The notes under the pieces: generated by a model | Seen by the model: the letters and a program-made list of their open reading frames with translations, nothing else | The model's database searches: none | What the model was told of the DNA's origin: nothing | Shown: in pieces, positions 11,015 to 23,400 of the stretch | Numbering within the stretch: the first letter of the stretch is position 1 | Layout of the letters: every line of letters begins with the position of its first letter | Source of the DNA: Klebsormidium nitens | Taxonomy: Eukaryota > Plantae > Klebsormidiophyceae | Assembly: GCA_000708835.1 (NCBI GenBank) | Contig: DF237014.1 | Span: forward strand, 62,001 to 126,000 | Direction: 5' to 3' | DNA length: 64,000 nucleotides | Position numbers and translations under genes: made by a program

Positions 11015-14000
11015 ATGGAAAGCAGCGGAGAGGATGTTGAAACTGGCGGCTATGAGGATGTTGTTGAGCTGATAGCAGCTGCTGAGGCGGACGAAGAACT
11101 TCCACGGGCAAGCAGGGACCTTGTTAAGAAAGTGCACATAGTTCTTGAAGGTGCTGTACTGCGCAAGAGGAGTATCGACGCAAGCCTAGCCAAAAGAGTG
11201 TTGAAAGTGATTCGAGCCCTTCTTCCCTCCAGCCTTAGAGAAGTTCTTGAAGAAGAGACGGTCGAAAAGCTCGGAGACATCTTTGATGCTCTTTTCAGGC
11301 CAGAGAAGCAGACCGGAACGACCTTTGCTGTCTTGGGGGACGTTCTATACACTGTGGAGGATCTTTGTGATACGAAAGAAGGTACATCGAAATACAAAGA
11401 CTAGGCTGTGCTTGGGAGATTCGCATGCTTCAAAGGAGAATCTGCGAATGGCAATATTGTGGAGGAGGAAAGATATGACGTACTGCTAGACTCACTGGTA
11501 CGTTCTGGGTTAAAATTTGCTGATGGAAGCACGTATCATTGAAAACTTGAGGTGCGATGCTTCTTGTTCCATCCAGCTTAAAGTGGACGCTTACATTCTG
11601 CAGGCAGGGAGAAGTGCGGTCCATGCTTCATCCCCAGACTGGTCAGACTGCAATATGGTAGGCTTCCTTTCAAAGTACGACGGGCGGCTATTGAGAGCTT
11701 ATCAGCCATCACAGAAGGAAGTGCTGCCAATCTGAAGGAGCTCCTGAAGCTCGAGAAAGATTGGTAAGGTCCTACCATATGCAATACCAATTTGAAGACA
11801 CCTGCATTAGATGAGCTCAAAAATGGACTGAAAGAGCTGCGGGAAGGATAAAAGACCGCTTCTAGATTCGACTGGACTTTTCACGTCTCAAGATAGTGCC
11901 ACTGACATAGATTTGTGATTTCTGCAGCACCATTCTCTTCACTCAAACACTTCCGAGCTGTGGGGATTTCCTGACCCAAGCAAGCATACTTGGTGAGTCC
12001 TATTAACCTTTGGTCTAGAGGATCTGAGCATTCTGACTTGAACGCGAAAACCGTTGTACTGAAAAGCGAGCTTTTAGTTTTCCAGCTTCCTGTGAAAGGT
12101 ACAAGTATCAAGACTTGGGGTGTGATAATCCGTTCTCATCTGTCATCTCAAGCTGGTCCGCTATTCCATCTTACATACGGATCAAGGTGATTGCAAAGTT
12201 GGCATGTTTACCATCAAATCATCCTTTCTGCAGAAATACTGTACCGGATCGTGCGGAAGCAGTCCTCTTTGCTTCAAACCGGTTTCTGCGGAGTGGAAAA
12301 ATGGAGAAAGTCTCTAAAAGAAGAGTTCTTGATGATTGCGAAGAAGCGGGATCCAGAGCTTTACAAGGAAATTAGAGCCTTCCTACTCTCGTACAACGCT
12401 TCACTAGGAGCAGCTCGCAGGTGAGTGTGAAGCAGTAGGACCAATATCGAGTGCTTAGCCTGATATCGTTGTTCAGATCCAACACATTCTTGCCTGTTCA
12501 TCATTCTCCAGGGCTTGGCAAGTGATGTCTCATGCTGTTTTAGGGCAATGGTTGTGAATCCATCCCAGGATTTTCAGACCAACGGGTTTATCCTCCTCAC
12601 AGCGTCTTTTCGGTCGAGTTCGAGAGGATCGTCATAGACGGAAATGAAGCGACGGCGGTGACGGACAGATGGCTGGATTTTGGTTCCAATCACGTCTCCT
12701 TCTACGCTTTAAATGAAGAGGTGCGATTTGCAATCTTTCAAAGGAATCAGATAATCAGGTTCTCAGGCACTGCATGTTTGGATTGTGCGGCATAATTTTC
12801 AATTTCGCAAGCCTGTGTCAGACCTAAATTGACTGATTTTTGATGCGGAGACAAGGGTCTCGACGTCTGCATGGCTTACTTGATAAACACAGAAAGCATA
12901 GACGCGCACGAAGAAATATTTCATCCGTTCTGCAGGACAAACGGCTGGAAGCAGACGAGGAGGGGGCAGCGCTTGTCGACCTTCCTTACGGGAGAATACT
13001 GGACCTAAAACGTTCGTGAACTTTTGATTTACAATCAATGAGATTTTTGAGAGTTGGAATATGATTATCAGTGAGAGAAAACTTCAAACGTCTTCATTGA
13101 ACACACTGCTTTCTTCTGAGGTCTCTCGAGAGGATACTGATAGACCTTCACTCCACTCTTCCCGGAAATACGCGAGACTTGTCTGCAGGTTCTTCTGCAA
13201 CAACTCTCAGCCTGGTGGCAAAGTCGGCGGCGGCCGGGCTCGCAAGCGCGCAGGTACTATCCGTATCCAATTCCGTCATCTGCTTTGGAAGTGAAAATGC
13301 TTTTCCTTCGTTTAGGAGGACTTTGCAAGCAGAGATACATGTTTTTCTCATCCCCTACACAGCAGTACGGCTTTCCTTCTCGTTTTCACGACACATCCTT
13401 CATATCATGCAGTTCTCGCAAAACGCCCAGTCTACGAAGGAAGTTAGTATCGAGATGAAGGACAAAGGTGAGTAAGTACATGCTCCATTGTCTTTGGGTA
13501 CCCTTGCCGTCAATTTTGCAGCGTGTACTCTGCGAGTACCGTGTTCAGAAAGAACGTACAAAAACTTGCGAAAGACATCTTTACTACAGAGAAGAGTTGC
13601 GACACTCGTTAACGATTTCATTCGTACTGGCTGCGCAGAGATGGTCACCGTCGAGCGAGTCATCTTGCCATGGCTGAACAGCAAAAACAAGCAGGTAGGT
13701 CAATCTTGACCTGCAAAAGTGACATCCTTTCGGCTTATTGAGCAGCTTCGGAAGAGGCGTTTCACCTCATGAGACGCGGCTAGCTCCTGTTGTAACCTCA
13801 ACGCCGCCGAACAGAGCCGGAAAATGTCCCCTATCACAGCGTGCTATGGTTTTCCCTTTAAGAGCAAACACTTGCTGGAGGTAGATTTGCAAACTATAAA
13901 ATGCTTAAGTCTTGCACCTGAAGGAGATTAGACTGCCTGCCTCTTGTGGCTCGGCTGTGCATGTTAACATAGTACAAACTTGGTCCAACTTCTTCTTGAG

Positions 14001-17000
14001 ACGGCTGCTCTCATTGCGCATTGCCCGAGATGTAGTACTTTGCAGGCCTTCCCTTCGCTGCAATCAAAAGGACTCGGTCGAGAAAACTCTGCATCATCAT
14101 CAAGGGCACCTCTCAACAGTGGAAGCATCGTAGGCTCAAGAAATCAGGGCAGCATAAGGAAAGCTTCGATCGGCATCCTACCCGGGAGGTCTGCGTCGAA
14201 GGTTAGCAGACTGATAGAAGTTTAAATCCAGTACCTCGTGAGTTTCAAGAGCTTTTGCCTTGCAGATCACAAGATATCCGTATGTGGTATCGTCATACGG
14301 TTTTCTCATCCTCCGGTCGATTTTGTGCAGTGTTCACAATTGAAAGGACGAAAGAGCCAGCTCAGTGACAGCATACTAACAGTTCTCCATTTTGCAGGAT
14401 TTACCTCAAGAGCTCGTCAAGGGGCCGCTCCACCTTGTCAGCACACGAACACCCGAACGTGCTGACAACAACAAAGAAAATCTTCCTCCAAACAATAATA
14501 ATGCTTTATCCTCACCACGGAAAGAAGGAGGCAAAATGACGACCAGACTGGACCCCGAGCTACATAATTGGGAAGATGTATTCAGACAGCCTCAAGGACC
14601 TGAAGACCACAGAGGTGCGTCGAACAAGAAGCGGCGCGTGTTTGCACTGGAGCCTTTGCATCTCGAAAGTTTGGTCTATGATACGTTGATACGTTGTTCT
14701 TAATAAGATTGAGCGTCTGATCGCTCGAGCTAGCTTCGCGCCTGTCCAACTGATATAACCTTATCTTCGAACTTACTTCAAGATCGTTCAGGTAGTGCGT
14801 CACGTGCAACGCTGAGGTGCCTTGGTAGCAGAAGTTGCACTCTACAGGTAGATTTTAACCTCTCTGATAAGCTGAAAATTTGAAGAATCTTTTTTGCAGA
14901 GACTCACTGTACGGCTTTCCAAGAAACAAGAAACGACCGGAAAGAGCTGACGCATCAAGAACACTCTTGCGGTGACAGAAGCGATATGCCGATCGAGATG
15001 TTGCGACAGCAAGTCCGAGGGCTTCAAGAGAAGGATAAGTGCAGACCAGCAGCAGGTGAGAATGACGATACACCCCTTCTTTCGGGCATCGTTGCGGGTT
15101 TCTTCCTGATCTTGGAACCTTTTCTTCATAGTTCTAACTAACCTTTACTGTCCAGAGCTTTTCGGAGGCGTATACCATACTTCTGCTTTCTGGAAGAATT
15201 GAGCCAGGTTATCTAAAAACAGGCGAAGCTTGCAAGAGGAGAATCCAGTCAAGCTTTCTAAACCAAAGAACATGCTCGTATTACAGAGGATGCGGATGGC
15301 CGAGGCAAAAAGGGAGGTGCGAAAAGGAGGGGCGAAGGTGGGGAAAAAGCAGATGAGGCAAACAAAGAGCTCTCAGAAAGGGATAAATCCTCCGCTGACG
15401 ATGACGACAGTACGAGAGCTGTAAATATCGGCAAGGATGCCGGTGTTGCAATCAAGAGCCACAGGGCTCTTAGGATTCCTCCAAAGCAGAACAAAGTCGA
15501 ATCTTCTAGCCCCGAGGGTGGGAAGAAGCCAGAGAAGGAAGCTGATACTGGGAGCCCGCACAATATCGGCGCAAAAGGCGGAGGAAAGGACGTGGCCGCA
15601 AGAGAGATGCAAGCGGCAAAAGTTCCTAAGGAATCTGTTAACCAGAAATACATTGCTAAGGGCAAATCAGAAGGGAGAAAAGTTGACAGAACGAAGGAAA
15701 ACAATCATGGCGCTTTCGAGTTCAAAGCTGATGAAGGCAAAGACAAAATAGAAGCGGAGAAAGAAGGCAGACTGCCCTCCAAAAAGCAGGGCGGACCAGC
15801 TAAACGAGGCGCAAACGAAAAGGAGGCAGTCCGGAATGACGGAAATGCCAACGGACAGCCTGATGATGAAGAAAAGGATCAGGTAAGATTCCTCAGGCTT
15901 TGTAATTGGGCATCCAAATGTGCGATAGTAAAGGGAGTCAAAATGTATCAAACTCTTCTTATTCCGAAGCGGGACAAGATGTGAAATTTTGTTTATGATT
16001 TCGAACTGCAGATCGACCATGGTAAATCCTACAGACCTACATTGGGATCCGACCCGATCGAGACGGACAGCGAGGCGCGTGGATTTGAAGCACAACCCAA
16101 AGCTGTCAAACGCGGAGCAAAAAGAGGGTGGCGGTCCGCGAAGAAAACCAATGACAAGCAGAAGGCCCGCCCGTCAAATGCGCAGAAATCGAGAGCATCT
16201 CAATCTGAGGAGGGCAAAAACGTAAGAACTTCACTCTAAAAGCCACCACGAGCTCACGACCTGATCCCAACGAGTGAATGCATCAAAAGGTGATCAGAAT
16301 CTACTAGCATTTTTAGTCTGCTGACTAATCTCTGAGGCAAAGGTTCTGAGAAAGCTTTCACAACAACTTTCAAATGAATCCTGCTTTGAATCATGAAGAT
16401 TCCGATGTTATCCCTAAGCACGTTAAACTCACTAACAGCCGGAAGGTTGATTGTTCTTGAACTCAAGGCTTCAACTACAGTAAGAATGCGTAATCATTAC
16501 CATCATCAACCTGCAGGAGGACAAAGATAAGAAATTGGATGGTGCCGTCAATCAAAAGAGTGTTGCTGTCCGCGCTTTGCAAAGGCGACAAAGTAGAACA
16601 AATCAACCCGACTCCGGTAAGCGGCGTCGAACTGTACAATCCTGTGATCGAACTTCTGCTAGTTCCAATGACGGCCGTAGGAGGGTTTTTTACCGAGCTT
16701 GCAGCTTGCTAGGGTCTGACTTCCTGAAGTGCTGGCTGACGGCTTTCGTACAAAGAACAATCTTTAGTACACAAAGTTGCTTCACCCATGCGATCAAAAA
16801 ATGCTTGCCTAGATCGTGTGCGATGCCACTGTCCGTAACAATAGTGATTCAACGGATTGATCAACCGCCTGTGTTCCGCAGAAGGAGATGCCTTCGACAT
16901 CCTACCGAAAGCTGCTGCGTGTGATCCAGAAAAAGTGAGTTTTGACTGCTGAAAATCACGTCGAGAAGATTGTACTCATGATGGTGAGAAAGTCGCTTAG

Positions 17001-19646
17001 CATTTCTCTGTAAGCGACGCCTGCTAATTGTACTATTTGCAATTATCTGACGAGACTCCCAGGCAACTAAAGAAGAACAATCACATCGAAATCATAGAAC
17101 TTCTCGGACCCTGCAGGGTGATAGTCCACGTACCCCGCTTCGGGGGGTTCAGCAGCGCTCAGAGTCTCCGGCGCCTCAGCTTAGGCGCGACAGCATGTAC
17201 CAGGATGAGCAACAACAAGTTGAAGAAGCCCTGGCTTATCTGCTTGAGGAGGAGGACCCTGATCAGACGAAAGGGAACTCCACCTGGAAGTCGGGAGATG
17301 ACACAACAGCGGGAGCTCCAGAGGCGAAGCTGGACTTGAATCCTGCACGCAGAAAGCCCCTGAAGCTGAAGACCGGGAAGCGGCAAGACGAAAGTGAAGA
17401 CAAGAAGCCCGCAAATTTGGAGGTGGGCTTGCCTGTGTCATCTGCTCTATGATCTTCCCCTATTTCTACAACGAAGGGGTCTTTCGTATAGCGATCACGT
17501 TGCGAGGTAGAAATTGTTTTACATTTGCACTCCTGGACGGTAGCTCTAAGAATATTCTAGGCGATGAAGATGGGCGCGCAGGTTCTTTTCCCTCCGAGAA
17601 GGGTAACATAACATGTGCGTGGTCTAATGAAAAGTTCAATGATCTGATTCCGACCATCAACTTCACTGCAAAGATTCATCTTTTCTGACGCTTCAACCAG
17701 ACTGTGTACAGTTGTCTGCCTGGAACGAAGACCTTCCTGATGCCGGCTTCGACGCACTGGAAGACCCCCCGCTTTCTCCAGCTCTTACTCCAGAAGGTGA
17801 GTAGCCTGGATCAGCTTGGCTCGGTAAAGCTCGTCCGTGATCGACACAACCACTCATCTGTGTGGCTGCCTGATTGTTATGCTTTCGAAATGAAAGAAAC
17901 GTCGACGTTCCACATGCAGAAGAAGCGCCTCTCAGGCTTCTCGCCGACCTCCCAAAGTCAGAGCGTCATTTGAGAAACGCCCGCCGAAATGGAGTCGGCA
18001 CCGAGGTCAAGAGCGCCAAGCCTTCTGAGAAAGAAAAGCCTGCACGCAAAAGTGCCCCTGCCCCAATTGACACTCTTCTACTGGAAACAGCTGCAGTCGA
18101 GGAAGAGCTGTTGGGAACGCCTGGTAAGTAATAGATTCGTCCACAAATTTAACACGTTTGATACGTGTCTCTCGTAAAAACATGTGATTCTTGATCCAAT
18201 TTTCAAAGGCTGGTAGTTGCACCCGAATGTGATCCGACGAGCATACGCTTACAGCGGGCGGTGGATTGGAGCCTAATTACTAAAACAGACACTGTCTATT
18301 CATGCAGACGAAGGTCTTCTGGATACGGAAGGAGGGACCGACGAGGGTGGACTCGGAGGGTAAGCTCTTCTTGGGTGGCTTTTGGACCTCGGCAAGTCTT
18401 CTCACGGATCCAGACTTGCTATCGAGGAAGATGAATTTTGTCTTCGATAGCTTGTTCTCGTTCCTCTGGCCAAGCGTTCTCACTGGTTCATGTTGTATGC
18501 AGAGCGGTCAAGATGATTGCCAAGATGGTGACGCAGCTGAAAGGCAAGATGAAGCTACAGTCCAAGAGGAAAGCGTCCAGCATCGTGGAGGATGCTAAGG
18601 AAGCCATGCAGGCGGAGATGCTCAAAGTCCAGAAGAAGGTCAAGAAAGACAGGTGACTTCTTATCCCGTTAACAATCTCTTACCTGATGTCCTGTTGAGA
18701 TCTCGTCTATGTCTCCTTTTCATGTAGGCGGACGTTTTTAAAGATTCCTTGAGTACCTTTATAACTCAGTTAGCATCTCTCTTTTGCAGTGACGAGTGCA
18801 TCCGCGTCTGCAAACGCAAGTTCGGCACAATTGAGGCCCAATTGCAAGGTATGTAAGGAGCCAAACGCACCATGCAATCATACGCTGTGGGCTCCGCGTG
18901 ATGCATCAGTGACCTTTTTCACCGCGGGCTCCACGTGATGCGGGTGGCGTTGAACCTACGCCGTTCTTCCTGACTTGTCAGAATTCCATAGGGAGCAGGA
19001 TAACAAGAAGAAAGACAGAAGTTCCCGGCCGTTGACGTAAAAATGCTGAAATGTCTTGCAGCCCACAGCAAAAAGATGAAGATGCTTCATGACAAGTTCC
19101 AGGCAGACTTCAAGCAACAATTGGACGAGTACGAGAACACGTTTGCGCATATGGACGACGCCAAGGTGGACATGAAAGAAGCGATCGACAAGACGAGTAA
19201 GTGGTCCCGGTCTAGCAACGATCAATTATAGCTTGGTCCTATGCAGAGTCTCGCCTGTCTTTCCCGAAAGGTCGACTCCCTCTCAGCGACTTACAGTGGG
19301 CGAACTTTCTGCAGAAGCTGCTCACAAGAAGTTGTTCGAGCAAGCTCAGGAGAGCGCCACCGAGATCCTTCAACAGACAGAGAAGAAGCTGCAGTCCATT
19401 AACAAGGTACGTAGACCGCTTCTCTTTCTCCTTCAACTATCGATAATTCACGGTATGATCTTCAAATAGTGCAACACAAAAGTCACGATGTTGTCTTGCT
19501 GGAAGCAGGAGGAAAATAGCACTCAACGCAGATATCCTGTGAGTTGCGCTGCTCAGCGCTGCGCATTTACGCCTCACAATTTGTTGCAGGGTGCACGCGA
19601 AATGAAGGCGCTACGTCAGGCCCTAGTCGGTATCACTGCCCTGTGA
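11015..19646 (+). CDS. ASY3: Meiotic chromosome axis core protein: ASY3/PAIR3-like with a SYCP2/Red1-type ARM + PH N-terminus; ~1297 aa, 25 exons
   Basis: Exons 11015-11381, 11604-11763, 11928-11992, 12234-12420, 12603-12720, 12936-13011, 13189-13253, 13413-13467, 13522-13694, 14046-14201, 14398-14614, 14900-15055, 15287-15882, 16012-16221, 16517-16616, 16882-16934, 17117-17422, 17712-17796, 17920-18123, 18308-18359, 18503-18652, 18790-18848, 19062-19196, 19315-19406, 19590-19646 are all GT-AG and total 3894 nt in frame. The C-terminus (GLGGAVKMIA...KMKMLHDKFQADFKQQLDEY...HKKLFEQ...KKLQSINKGAREMKALRQ) matches the ASY3 coiled coil as I recall it. N-terminal GDFLTQASILEILYRI, RAFLLSYNASLGAARSVF and WLDFGSNHVSFY match SYCP2 ARM/PH motifs as I recall them. 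Confidence 0.8.
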
Positions 19647-20465
19647 TGCGTCCGACCGGATCCGGAACTTACGCCTCTAGCTGCCGCAAATGCATACCCA
19701 ACACATCCTGCTGTCGTGTAAGCAAAAGAAGCATACATCCTTCAATATAAGAAAAGTCGGACTTTTAACGGACTGAATTTCTAGAGCAGGCAAAAGGTTG
19801 CGCAGATGAACGTATGCTGCCGACCATGGAGCCATGGTGGAGGCGAAGTACGTTTACCTTCGATGGTCCCAAAGATCGAACTGATAGCTAGTCATGCACA
19901 AACCATGTCGTGTGCTCACTATTGGCGGGCATGTCACAATAGGATTCCCATTGGGGCCTTTTCTCTGGACCGATCGTTTGGCGGCCGACAACGAGCATGC
20001 CCATGCACGTTTGATGCTTACGGAAGTGTGGTGGCCGGCATGATCAGTTCAAGTGAACAGAACTCGTGCAGTAGGCATATCGGAGCCCGGCCAAGACAGT
20101 GGTGGATGCAGGTTTACGTCTACATATCAAGCATGCTATCTGTGACAAAGATATGATGTCATGCCTATCATCGAGGTCAGGCAGCAGAACCCTGTGAGCG
20201 GCCTTTCTGGCAGATACATGTGGGCGCCGTCGCAGTGCAAAATGAGCAAGAATGCAGACCCTGTGCCCAGCCGCAAGGCAATTCCGAGAGCCAAATTAAA
20301 GAGAGGTCACCACCAAGACACCTTCATGAGACAACGCTATTTGAACCCCACAGAGGATCTTTTTCAAGTCCATGCTATAACGCTGGAACCTGCACCTCGT
20401 GCACACAGGCTGACCTTTACTCGATTTGTCCACTGAACCCGTATCGTGTAGAGACCCTTTCGTGT

Positions 20466-23400
20466 CTACTTTCGAGCGGATTTTTTTGGCCGCCTTTCGC
20501 TCTCGCTGTCACTCTCGCTGTCCGAGTAGGAACTACCCGAGAACGAGCTACCACTCCCCGAATTAGAATAGTCGCTCTCAGAACTTGCACGACGCTTGCT
20601 AGCCCGCTGCGCCTTCGGAGCTTCCTTCGTCACCTTCTTCAAAAGGTCGTCTCCCTTTTCGGCTGCCTTTGCAGACTTCGCTTCGGCCCCGGGCCTACCC
20701 TTCTTCCTCGCAGGCTCGTCATCCGACTCGCTCTCACTGAGCGGCCTCTTGGCCGGAACCCCTTTGCCCCTCGCTCTCTCGAAGCGCTCCTCGTCTTCCA
20801 AGTCCGACTCGTTGGGCTTCTGTCTCTTGCTCACCCCCCTCTCTGGCACGTCCCGGACTGGAGGGCTGTCGGCGCGCCGCTTTGCAGCCGCCACAACGGG
20901 CGCCACTGCTCGCTCGACCGCAGCCTGATCTTCCTCCTCGTCACGGCGCACCCTTTTGACCCGCGCCTCCTCTTCGGAGTCGGACACCGGCCGCCCCTTG
21001 GGCACGCCAGGCGCCGCCTCAAGGCCCTCATGCAAAAGGTCGTCAGGCGCAGCCCTCCCTCTCGCCCCCTCCGGCGCAGCTCGCTTGCGGACCGGCGACT
21101 CGTCCTCTGACGACGACCCGCTCAGCGAGTCGCTGTAACTATCTGAAGACTCCGAAACCGCTCTCTTTGCTGGCGGCTTCTTGGCCCCCTCCCCCACTGA
21201 CTTGCCCGCCCGTCCAGGGGACCTAGACCTGTCCCGTTCGTCTGGAGACAGAGCCTTTGGCCTCCTGCTGGGCACGACCGGCGAGTCTCCCGCAGGCGCT
21301 ATCGGCGACCGGCCCAGAGGCGCGGGCGACCTGGAGCTCGAAGGGCTCCGCCTACGAGGAGGGGAGCGCTCCCTCCTTCCCCCCTCCCGGCCATTCCTGC
21401 CGCGGGCCGGGGACTCATCACGCGCTCCCCTCCTACGCTCATCGTAACCCCTAGGCACTGGCGAGCGCCTCCGGGGGGGGGACCTTGCACGGAAAGGAGA
21501 GGGCCTCCGTCCACGTCCAGGGGGGCTGTCGTGGCGGAACCTCCCCCCCCGGGGAGGGGGCGGACTCTCCCGCCTGAGCCTGCCCCCGCGGTACGGCGAT
21601 GCAGCCCGCCTAGGTGGGGACCGGCCACGCCTGTCTGGAGACAACCTGCGCCTGGGCGGGGGGCTGACGCTCCTGCGGGGCGATCCGGACTCCCTGCGAA
21701 TGTCTCTTCTCGGCGGAGGAGGGATGTCTCTGCTCAGAGACCGATCCCTTCTCGGTGGCGGGGAACGGGTCACCCTCGGATGAACGGCTGGAGAAGGCCT
21801 CCTCTCCACTTCTCTTCTTGGGGGTGGGCTCACGGAGCGCTCGGGCGAAACGACTGGCGAGGCTTCTTTCCTTCTGGGGGGTGTGTCTGCTCTGCGCCCG
21901 CGCTCAGCTGACCTCCCCCTCTTTGGCAGATCTTCTGGGCTTCGGACTTGGGGCCTTGCAACTGCCCTCTCCTCAGTGTTCTTACCCCTGGACCCCTCAG
22001 GTTCAATTTCGGAGGGACTGTCGTGCCTCACTTTCTTCCCGTTGATTGGCGCTGTCGGCGCCGCCGCTCGCTTCTTCTTCCGCAGAGCCTCTCTTTCGCT
22101 CTCAGGGTCGCTCTCGCTCAGCTCGCTCTCGCTCGAGGAGAGCTCTGACTCGCTCTCTGACTCGCTGTCGTAGCGGCCCGTCTTCCTTCGTTCGTCCCTC
22201 CCACGTGACTTCTCTCCCGACTTGGCTGCTGAGCGAGCGTCTTCTTTTCGCCCCTTGCTCTCCTTTCTGCCCCTCCCCTTTTTGCTCCTTGCAATCTCAT
22301 CATCATCCTTCCGTCCCGATCTAGCCTTGCCACTCCTTTCCCCCACTTCCTCTTCTTCGCTGTCGTACCTTCGTCTTTTGTCCGTCCCCGCTCTGCCATT
22401 CTTCGGCTCATCCTCAAGCTGCCACCTGTCTTCCCCCCTGAGTTGTTTTGCTGCCTCTTCCGCCTTCTTTGCTTCAAGGGCCAGCCGCTCCGCCTCTTCC
22501 TCAGCAGCCCGCTTTGCCGCGGCTTTCTTCTCCTTCCTCAGCCTCCGCTCTTCCCTCTCCTTCTGCCGCTCCAGCTCGCGAGCCAAGCGCTTCTTCTCCT
22601 TCTTTTCCTCCTTTGCCTGCAAGAAAACGAGGAATAAATGTTAAGCCCAGTCTTGAGCTTTGAAGTCTATGCATGGACTGATGCAGGCCCCACGAGTCGA
22701 AAAGCAGCCTTGCAAGACTACCTGCAATGTCCGCAGCGCAAAAAAAAGCTTCCAAGAAAATCACCCAATACCTTCTCCAACCATATAGAGTGCCCTGGAC
22801 GCAACCCAGCAGACTGCAAATCTAGACAGTCAACAGCAGCTTGACAAACAGAATGAGCAAGAAGCTCTCGTTCACGGCATACGCAGGCAAACGTGGCCGA
22901 TAGAGGGCCAGATTCCCTTGAGGCGTGCTCACCTTCCGCTTGGCCGCCTTCTCTGCATCTTTCTTCGCCTTCTCCTCAGCCTCCTTCAGTATCCTCTCCT
23001 CTTCCTTCTTCGCTTCTCGCTCTGCAATCCTCTCGAGCTTCTTCTGCTCCTGAAGATCCCGGTCAAACGCCTCACCCTCCCGCACATTCTCAAGCCCCAG
23101 CGCATTCTGCAGGGAAGGAGATGAATCAGGATCCAAGTCAAAAACATGCCAAAAGCGGTTCAGCCAGTAGGCAGGACGCAGCAGAAGATCCGCAATTCAT
23201 TAAGACATGCCTATTCCCGCTCCACATGTAATCCTTTCACCAGCCTCCAACAAGACAACCTCAAATCTTTGCAATAACAAGCAGTTGACCAGATTTCAAT
23301 CTTTTGCTGCTACTTTTGTCAAACACCAAAGCTTGCTCTACCCTCCAACTCTAAAATACCAAAAGTATGGTACTTAAGGCACGCCACTAAACAACCTGCT

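Noticed and set aside
11402-11404. In-frame TAG ending ORF 11015-11404, suggesting a pseudogene or readthrough
   Set aside because: It lies inside a canonical intron (11382-11603), whose removal restores the frame into exon 2.
13413-13467. QSTKEVSIEM as the closure motif
   Set aside because: More likely the last PH strand; RKASIGIL at 14157-14180 is a better match to the ASY3 motif.
20220-22644. Long plus-strand ORFs opposite CWC21/SRRM2
   Set aside because: Antisense shadows of a GC-rich, repetitive coding exon.
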